Source: Octopus sinensis
Lineage: Eukaryota
Length of the DNA stretch: 64,000 nt
NCBI RefSeq assembly: GCF_006345805.1
Contig: NC_042998.1
Span: 16,244,001-16,308,000 of the forward strand
Reading direction: 5' to 3'
Below the pieces are notes generated by a model. That model was not told the DNA's origin, did no database searches, and was given only the letters and a program-made list of their open reading frames with translations. The position numbers and the translations under genes were made by a program. Shown here piece after piece: positions 54,601 to 64,000 of this stretch (positions are counted from its first letter, which is position 1; every line of letters starts with the position of its first letter).

Positions 54601-54827
54601 GAGTTACAGGAGGTTAGCTGGTTGCTATAGCAACACTCTTCAGCACATGTCCACTCCACATACACTCACACACACGCACATCAGCAAAATTCGTCAATTT
54701 CTTGAAAATGGGGTCATAACACCGAAATATTAAATAAAAGAAAAGTCTACATTAATTCACCTAATTATTTTCTTGTGATTTATCTTTCATTGACTTCGCA
54801 TTGTTTTTGCCTCACCCAAGTCTTTTA

Positions 54828-54891
<64 letters not shown>

Positions 54892-54912
54892 TATATATAT
54901 AATATATATATA

Positions 54913-54950
<38 letters not shown>

Positions 54951-55616
54951 TATATATAGATAGATAGATAGATAGATAGATATAGATATAGATAGATAGA
55001 TAAAAGATATATATATATATACATATGTATTTATATACATGCATATATATATATATGCATATATATTTTTTATTTATATTTATATATATATAGATATTTG
55101 TGTGTGTATACATAGGTAAACACACGTACATATAAGAATATATGTGTAAATGTAGATACTCACAAAACGCACATACGCGCACATACACACACATACACAG
55201 ATATTGATGAGTGTTATGTGTGGATGTGTGTGTAGGAGATAATTTGGTTTACACTATAGTTAAGTATTAATAATGGCAATCAGTGTGGACGGTATACACT
55301 TTTCGGTAAAATGATATTCTTTTACGTTTTACGACCATTTATACCGGCATAAATTCTACAATGGTTTACTCATGCAAATCTCCCTAGAATTGTCCATGAG
55401 TCAGGTGTTTCCTAAGTTCATATTGTTTTATCGAGCCACTCTGGAACGTGGTTTAAAAACAAATTGGTATTTTCTGCTAAGCGTTGTGAAACGAACACAA
55501 ATGCAAAGACACACGCAAACACGAACATAAATACATAACTGCAAGCATGCATACACATAGATGCATAGAAAGATGCATACGCATGTATAAATACAGACGC
55601 TCACATACAAACATGA

Positions 55617-55790
55617 ATACCTATTTCTTTACTACCAACAAGGGGATAAATACAGAGAGGACAAATGGATTAAGTCGATTATATCGACCCCAGTGCGTAA
55701 TTGGTACTTATTTAATCGACCCCGAAAGGATGAAAAGCAAAGTCGACCTCGGCGGAATTTGAACTCAGAACGTAACGGCAGACATGAATA
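55617..55790 (-). mobile_element. SINE family D, head-truncated
   Basis: Plus strand CGACCCCGAAAGGATGAAAAGCAAAGTCGACCTCGGCGGAATTTGAACTCAG. Confidence 0.85.
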
Positions 55791-57021
55791 CCAACGCGTA
55801 GAAGCTTACCTCTAAAAACATACGAACATAGATAAATACAAATATGCACACATACATCCGTGGTGAACCCGCAATTTCTGTTGCGCTGCAAAGACATGAG
55901 TCGGCATACAACTATCTTGTAAGCCGCTCGCATGGCCTACAGAAGCAGCGAGATTTTGGAACACACGTCGTAGCCATGGAACCGCGTCGGCGCCTAATGT
56001 CAGATCGCATATTTCAAAACGGAGTACACAAAATAGCGTTGTACTTGGTGTATGATGGTGGGGATATCACATGCTATGTCAATACCAAGATGTGTGTGTG
56101 CGTGTGTTTCTGTATGCGTTTTTGTGATTTTGTGAAGATATATATTTGTGCGTATAGTTTCTTTAGCGAAAATATGAATATACGAATCCTTAAGTCGTAT
56201 ATGCTATATTAACGAATGCTATGCATTATCATCTTTTAAGAGAATCCTTTCCTACATTTTCTCATACTTAATGAGAAACATGTAGAAGATTAATGTTTAT
56301 TGATATCAATATATATTTCTTTTTAAATATCAATGGAAACCTTTAATGTAGCTTTTCTTAAATTATTTGATCCGTTGCGAATAGCTCTAATTTATATTCT
56401 CCAAATTTCGATAATTCATTTTCTTGTTTCAGGCTGAATTCAAGTGCGTTTTCTATATTTTTTTATTGCTTTATGCTGTTTTCTCTTTAAATAATCGCAC
56501 CAAATACACACTTTCTTAAACTTACATATGCTTTTATTCAAAAGATTGCAAACGTTCACATTGCTTTAAGACTTGATTTTACGCGGAACCTGAAGATATA
56601 CATTTAATGTCACATAGTTGCTTTATAATTTGGAAAAAAAAAAACACAATTATTTGCTTATGAGATTAATATCACCTCACTTAAGAACGAATACATTTCG
56701 CCAGAAAGTTTCCTATTCATCACGTGTATTGTAACTGTATTTCTTTTTTAAGTATTTGATAAATGTTTGTATACAACATTATTGAACTTGTGTCGCTAAC
56801 AAATTATATGCATATATAATTACATGCATGCATACAAACATATATGTATGCAAGTATATATGTATGTATGTATGTAATTATTCAGTTTATTTCAAGATTT
56901 ATTACCAATAGTGAAAGAACAGGTTTCTAACCTAGATCCAATGTTCCTTCATTGGAATTTCAGCATCAATAACAGGGTATTTTTGTATGTATGTAGTTAT
57001 GTATTTATGTATTTGATTATG

Positions 57022-57088
57022 CATGTATGTATGTATGTATGTATGTATGTATGTATGTATGTATGTATGTATGTATGTATGTATGTAT
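57022..57088. repeat. (TATG)n tetranucleotide array
   Basis: Direct reading. Confidence 0.95.
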
Positions 57089-58351
57089 GAGCAGATTTGT
57101 TTGCTTTACGTATGTATTCTCGTGCATATAGTTTCATATCTAGACATCCTCATATGTATTTAAATGATAAACTTCTGGAAAGTTTACAGTTCCAGTGATG
57201 GGTTGGATCTGCAGTCTTCGAATATCATTTTTCATTTAACCGAGACGTTTTCACCGGATATTTTGATTAAAACTCTTGGTGGACCACCGGTATTTAAGAA
57301 ATTCGCAATTCAAAAGGCTTGTGTGTATAGTTCGCTTTTATTTAGTACTTTCAGCCGCATGATATCCGCTGTATGATTACTATTTCTTTTTTCTATATAA
57401 AATTTGAAGTATAATGCTATCTTAATCAGAAGTGACTACATTTAATGAAACCTATTACTACCATCGTAAGCATTTCATTTTGGAATTACTATTATGTTAC
57501 TGTGCTAAATAAAAATTTTAGTAAACACCTATATATTAATATAATTCTTTCGACTGTTATCGTTCATATATTGTTTCTACTATATGTACAATGCCTGGAG
57601 GTTTCGGAGTAGTCGATTACATTGACTCTGGTGGTCATCCAGTATCTGTTTTATCGACTCCAAAATGAAAAAAATGGTAACATCGGCAGAATTAGAACTC
57701 TGAACGTAAACTTTTATTTCATAATTTACCTGCTTTCTAAATACTTGTTCTATAATTATTAATTAATAATTTTAAGGGAAAAACATGACATATTGTAAAA
57801 CAAACAATTTCATTATAAAATTCACGAGTGTTTGTAGAGAGTGTTATGTTTTTCATTCAATAACCAATCGATATATAACGCATTTTTTTCAGCGATGGAG
57901 AAAGGCTAGAATTTTGGAGTAGCCAAGCACAAATCATATGTATGTCTGGTCTTAGGTATTTAAATTGTATGATAAATCCTCATGTCGCTTCTTTCACCTA
58001 AAAGCAAAAATATTTGATTTCATAACGTTTTATTTTGTCTCTCTTTTTTTTCATTTCTTGCCATATGTTAAAATGTTTTAAATGATTAAAGAAAGCTCTA
58101 GTGTCACTTAGTATGTACAAAGTTCATAGAGGTCATTTTAGAGTTGTATTTCAGCAACAACAGACTTTATATTTTGATTTTAATTCACACATATTTCGTT
58201 TAGCTTGGTAGATTATATAATGTGCGTGTGTGAGTATCTATCTGTGTATTAATGCACACATCTCTCCCACTCCTGCACACACACATATGCCCTCTTATAT
58301 CAATATATTTATCTATCTACCTATCTATCTATTATCTCTCTCTCTCTATAT

Positions 58352-58420
<69 letters not shown>

Positions 58421-58908
58421 TATATATATACATACATATATACATATATACATATATATACATACAAACACAAACATGTATGTTTTCTCTAGAATTTGAC
58501 TGTTATTTTATTTAGAATTTTATAAATTGCATTTTGCGAAATTAAATAAACCACATATTCAATTTAAATGTCACTTCCTTGCGACATTTATTGCTATGTG
58601 TAATTTATACGTCCGAATTTTTTCTGAGAATTAAATAAATGATGATGTAAGACAATGGATTTAACGTTCAATTTACCGTTCGTTATATTTTTGTATCCTA
58701 ATGATTTGTACTTTACAGATATAAATAACTGTGATGCTTATGCAATGTTATTAGATATTGTTTAGTAATAATGATTAATCAGTCGTCTTATTTTCGCAAA
58801 TAATATATTATAATTGCTTTAAGTTAATATTTCTGATACATATTTTTGTCATCGGGCTATCACGCTGTCAAAAGTACATTATGTTAGCTTGCATTTGTCC
58901 AGGCATTT

Positions 58909-59757
58909 TACAAGGTAGCATCAAAAAATTCCCGAACTAATTATATTTAATAAAAATAATACACTTACCTAAGTTTGAACATCATCTCCTTCGAAATTGT
59001 AACCCCGTGCAGCAATAAACTAATCTCAGTTTTCCTGCCACTTTTGAATCCGGCCTGGAAGTCATTTTCCTTAAGCGAGTTGGGGACCTTCTGCGATTAG
59101 TTTGAATCTCGACAACGGGATTGAAAGTGTGGCTTTGAGCTGCCTTTTCATCTTGGGGAAAAGATGGAAGTTCGCAGAAGCTAAATCTGGTGAACAGAAC
59201 GGGTGCAGAAGCGATATCTTGTTGCATTTGGTGAGAAACTCTCGATTGAACAGAGCTCCGTTATAGAATGCATTTTCGTCCTCAATGACCCAATTTTAAG
59301 CGCTCCAAAGATCCAGTCGCATTCGTCGAATGTTTTCCCTTAAATAGTTCAAAGTGTCACTGATTTCCCTCTGACGATCCTCATGAAAAAGCTAATGGAT
59401 TTTCTTCACATTTCCGTAGGTGATGTCCATGACAGTCGTTCGTTTTTGAAGCCCCCGCGCCAGTCGAAATATTGCGTACGACCAATTGCTTCGTCTTCGT
59501 AGCAGACTCACCACGTTTAACGCAAAATTTATTGCTGCCTCTTTGTTCCAATTCCCTGTCCATGAAACCAATCGCAGACTGCAGGATGCATGTAATAACT
59601 AAAACACAAATTTCATGACTTGCGAAGTAAAGACAGTGATGCCATTCGACACACAACCTCCTGAAGGTCACTGCTAGCTGTCACTGTACATGCAACTGTG
59701 TACTGCTATCTGTTGGCGCGCTACGGAACTCGTTATGGAACTTTGTTAATACATAGA
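58909..59757 (-). mobile_element. Mariner element, internally deleted (about 850 bp), degenerate TIRs
   Basis: MDRELEQRGSNKFCVKRGESATKT at the N-terminus; LHPFCSPDLASANFHL-PKMKRQLK...GYNFEGDDV at the C-terminus; TA plus TIR at 58909-58938 and a degraded match near 59727-59757. Confidence 0.85.
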
Positions 59758-60994
59758 CACAGAACAATGAGTATTTTAATACAATCTCTCACAAGTTCAT
59801 TATGATGTTCTCGTTTTATATTCATATTCTCTTTTCAATTTTCTCTATACGCGCTTTCATGCTCCATATGTGTTTGATCATCACTCAAAATTAAAGAAAC
59901 GACGTAACGGGTTATTTGTCTCTTCATATTTTTTCTGAAATATTTTGCAGCTGATTTGCCTGTATTGTATTGTTGTGCAGAATGTGTTTGTTGCTTGCGT
60001 CATTGAAGTGAATGGCAATCATAAACTGACCTTCTAATTACAGGCAAACTCACAGAATGATATTTTCATTCGTGGGCAGTTACATGATAGCTATATAATA
60101 TAAAAGGTTGGTCTGATCCAAACCATCAGACTAAGACTCACTTGTACGTACGAATATTACTGCTAAGACTGCGGTCTCCTATTTCTATCTGAATATTTAT
60201 TCACGTTCAAATTGTATCTGTAGCAGACTTTTGAAACAATCCTGAAAGCAAATTTATCGCTGCGATTAACTGCTATAGTGAGTTGATCTCAGATTCTTTT
60301 CGCATGTAAAAGCTTGTGAGTTTGAGCTCTTTTACAGTTGCTTTTTGTATCAAGATCGAAAGGCCTACATCGCAGCCCATCGAAATGACAATTACCGCAA
60401 ATGGATTGTGAATATTGCGGGATTTAATGTAAACGTTTCATATTCTTTTGAAATTATTCCAGCGGAAACTGATTTCATAAAGACATGCTTCTTAAACAAA
60501 GAACACATTATTAAATTTCAAAGCTAATATCCTTTGTATACTTTCATGTGTTTCTTACACTATGAATGATTGCCACATAAAGATTTAAAATATGATATAA
60601 AAATATAGGTATGTGTAATCTGTAAGATAATATAATTTGGTAAGTTGAAAATATGAGAAGGTTTAGATAAATATTAGGAATTGTCAACTGGCATGATATG
60701 AAGAGGACATGAGGTATGATAATAAAATGGGTTGATATTACTTGAATCATGGCTAGAAAATCTATTAAGCGCGTATGTTATAAGATATCACACTTTACTT
60801 AGCATGTTATGATGTTAATATTTCTTCAGTGTAACGATTTAAACTGCAGGGACAAAAAGATATTTTTCCTTCAAGAATTACACATAAACATACACATTCA
60901 CATCATGTATGTGTGCGTGTTCCGATGGGACCGTATGTGTGTTTGTGCGAGTGCGTGGGGTGCGTTCGTGCGCGGGATTTATGCATACATATAC

Positions 60995-61039
<45 letters not shown>

Positions 61040-61070
61040 TAGATAGATAGATAGATAGATAAATAAATAA

Positions 61071-61102
<32 letters not shown>

Positions 61103-61710
61103 ATACATACATACATAAATATATATACATATATACATATATAAATATATACACACTTATATATACATATGTACATTTTATGTGTGTGTATGCATGTGTA
61201 TATGCGCGTGCGTGTGTATATACATATAGTGTATTTATAAATATATATGAAGATCGATAGGTAGATATAGATATATGTGAGCACGAGTGTATATGTATAT
61301 ATATATATATATTATATATATATATATGCATATGTATAAGCATATATATTGATAAATTATACACACACACACATATACATATATGTGTTTATATATGTAT
61401 ATATATGCGTATATATACTTATATTTATATATATATATATTATATATATATATATATATACATACACATGCATGTATATTCATACATATACGTGAACACA
61501 CACATATAGACATGCACACACACTCACACATATCTATCATTTTTTCTCGGTTTCTTCTTGATTTTTTTTTCTTGATAGAAGATAAGGATTGTGTTTATCT
61601 GAGTGATCTATAATGTAACATGGAAACTTAATATTTTGTTTTTAAGAGTTATTGCTTTCTCAATATTGAATACGGTTATACGAGACATGACATTTGGTTT
61701 TGACATAACA

Positions 61711-61952
61711 TTATTGGTTATATTTGCCTGTTGCTACACATTCTGCAGAAGAATGTTCCATTATTTGTAAACTTCTAATGTCATATTCATAGATGTATAA
61801 TCTTACAACATCAACACTATGTTTCTCTGGAAATTGATTGCACTCTTTAGAAATGTTACCGTTTCGTTTATCTATAATTATTAAACGGTTCTTTGTAGTA
61901 TCTTCTCCTCTATTTTGTATAAATTCGCGTAATTCTTCCCGCATAAAAATAT
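61711..61952 (-). CDS. Candidate coding exon, product unknown
   Basis: Acceptor ttccttatatttacag, then an 80-codon open frame (x)IFMREELREFIQNRGEDTTKNRLIIIDKRNG... richer in charged residues than the chance ORFs; possible internal donor GTAAGA after ...SVDV. No family recognised. Confidence 0.3.
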
Positions 61953-62472
61953 CTGTAAATATAAGGAATCATTGAAAATTGGGTATATTTGTGGTCATTC
62001 ACACTTTATCTAATATCTATCATACATCTAAGAAATCAAACAAAAATTTAAACTGTGAGAAACAAGAGGGTTTCACGTATGATAGAAAATATTTGTTGGT
62101 TATTAATATTTAAGTTATAATTATGATTAATCTAAATTGATATCTGCACCAGCAAGATCAATTTCTGTACTTGTAACAGGAATATTTTGTAATAGCAATT
62201 TCCAAATATAAAACAAAATTTTCATTCGTATTAATCTCAGTGTAGTATTTAATATCTATTTTCAGAGACTGTATTGCTGATTCGGTACCCAATTATACAC
62301 CTCTCTAGACAAGCAAGCATCAATAAAGTATTATTGGATAGATCTATACATCATGTTGCTGTAAATATCTTAATCATTATATATTTTCAGGAAAAGATAT
62401 CCTAACCACAAAAGTGGTGCCAGGTCAGAATTTGGCCAATCTAATACAAATACTTCAAAATCATTCAATATA

Positions 62473-62847
62473 TAGGCGTAGGAGTGGCTGTGTGGTAAGT
62501 AGCTTGCTTACCAACCACATGGTTCCGGGTTCAGTCCCACTGCATGGACTTTTCGGCGAGTGAATAGATTTGGTAGTCGGAAACTGAAAGAAGCCCTTCG
62601 TATATGTGTATATATATATGTATGTATGTGTGTATATGTTTGTGTGTCTGAATTTGCAGCCCCCCACAAAAGCGCATGACAACTGATGCTGCTGTGCTTA
62701 CGTCCCCGTAACGTCGCGGTTCGGCAAAAGAGACCGATAGAATAAGTACTAGGCTTACAAAGAATAAGTCCTGGGGGTCGATTTTCTCGACTAAAGGCGG
62801 TGCTCCAGCATGGCCACAGTCAAATGACTGAAACAAGTAAAAGAGTA
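62473..62847 (+). mobile_element. SINE family A, near full length (small internal deletion)
   Basis: TAGGCGTAGGAGTGGCTGTGTGGTAAG...GACTGAAACAAGTAAAAGAG. Confidence 0.9.
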
Positions 62848-63212
62848 TATCAAATTGAACTGTCTCCTCAGGCTAAAATATCGCTTTAGATGAATAGGTC
62901 TATCGTTTCGGTTCATGGATGGCCATCGTTAATTGGACCGCCTTCATACAGGATTACCCAGTTACCAAGAACAAAACCAGTAACATACTGCAGATCTCCA
63001 TTGAAAACTATGAAAGTTTAACTAGATCTGTCTATAATGCCTTTGTACATTATATTTGTGCCAGGGAAGTCGAACTAATGTTAAACGGTTTATTCACATC
63101 ATGAGATTCAATCTATTATTGCATTCTCATTGATTAAGGTATTTTCTGTACTTTTTGACATATTTAGTTATATATAGAGAGAGAGATAGGTTTTTTTGTG
63201 CGCGCATGTACC

Positions 63213-63256
<44 letters not shown>

Positions 63257-63316
63257 CCTCGTTCGATTTGTTTTGCTCCGCCTCTGTTCTGTTTTTGTTT
63301 TTTCCAACGGATTTCC

Positions 63317-63409
63317 TATTTCTTCCTGAAGAGAAAGACACAATATGGTCTAATTATTCAATCGGAATTTGGTAAGTTGTGCCTTTCGAAACACGTGTAG
63401 AATGAAATA
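63317..63409 (+). ncRNA. Minimal type I hammerhead ribozyme motif, intact core, GUA triplet
   Basis: Helix I TATTTC+TTC / GAA(U bulge)GAAATA; core CTGAAGA 63326-32; helix II GAAAGACACAA/TTGTGCCTTTC (10 of 11 bp, G-C base) with a 33-nt loop; GAAAC 63388-92; palindromic helix III ACACGTGT; A17 at 63399; element 63254-63460 lies between two TA arrays. Confidence 0.85.
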
Positions 63410-63799
63410 AAACGATTTCTGTTCAATCTTCGTTCAACTCCACTCCTTCAATTCACTAATTATATATATATATATAATATATATATATATATATTATATA
63501 TATAAATCAATAAATGGTGGGGTTGTGTTGACCGCACGTGGAGAAATGATAGGCAAAGAAAAATTAAAAAGGCAGAATGCTAAATTGAAGGAAAAGTTTA
63601 ATGAAAATGGGTGTATGGAACATTTTGAAAAATTAATAAAATATATATATATATTAATTCAAAACGGTTTTCGTTACAATGTGATTTTCAAGTAATGTAA
63701 GGTGGAAAGAAAAACTGTTTTGTTTATGTTTGACGAGGGGATAAAAAGAAAATTACATTGTTTTTTGCAAAAAAAAAAAATAAACATATAAAAAAATTA

Positions 63800-64000
63800 G
63801 AAAATAGGTATTCCGATACATTGTAAAGTCTTTGTGTATCTCGAGTTTAATGATAGTTCTTGAAAAAATTACCTTGGAGGATTGAGATCCATGTGATTAA
63901 ATCCATGTGCTGTTTAATTTAATTAAGGATGTCTGTTAAGTGAATGTCAAAATAGGAAGTAGTTGTCCAGTTCCTGTGAGTAAGGAGAGACAACTCTGTG
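63800..64000 (-). mobile_element. Possible Penelope-like RT relic
   Basis: TRDTQRLYNV weakly resembles the PLE TMDVxSLYTNI motif; heavily decayed and cut by the window edge. Confidence 0.2.

Noticed and set aside
54615-54648. Minus-strand CTGAAGA followed by palindrome GTTGCTATAGCAAC
   Set aside because: No GAAA follows, so the fold cannot be completed.
56258-56288. GAAAC-AT-GT-A with an upstream stem
   Set aside because: It is a simple TTTCTCAT/ATGAGAAA hairpin with no catalytic core upstream.
62815-62847. SINE family A tail AGTC-aaat-GACT-GAAAC-AA-GTA resembles the right half of a hammerhead
   Set aside because: No CUGANGA or helix I partner in any of the copies.
57164-63104. Plus-strand ORFs at 57164, 60345 and 62919 as exons of one gene
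   Set aside because: Each ends in a stop without a convincing donor, no domain is recognised, and lengths are within chance expectation.

Overview
This is AT-rich, microsatellite-dense eukaryotic DNA with one 100-N scaffold gap (13175-13274). The repeat families point to an octopod cephalopod genome (inference, not a database match). No host protein-coding gene can be named; only isolated low-confidence exon candidates exist, and most of the supplied ORFs are translated microsatellites or chance frames. Recognisable elements: four tRNA-derived SINE families, four decayed mariner fragments, RTE LINE fragments, three Dong/R4-type LINE fragments sitting in (AAT)n arrays, Penelope-like (PLE) RT and GIY-YIG relics, and two non-autonomous Helitrons. 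The main discovery is a set of sequence-divergent, minimal type I hammerhead ribozyme (HHR) motifs with palindromic helix III. Three have an intact catalytic core and G-C at the base of helix II (3650-3778 +, 21294-21366 -, 63317-63409 +). Further near-intact or variant copies lie at 13861, 25889, 52611, 11656, 45224 and 41191. Most sit in short non-coding elements next to or between (TA)n arrays, several have 33-74 nt AT-rich helix II loops, and one lies in a 404-bp unit with 145-bp terminal direct repeats, resembling a retrozyme or PLE-derived element. All folds were paired by eye and none has been tested.
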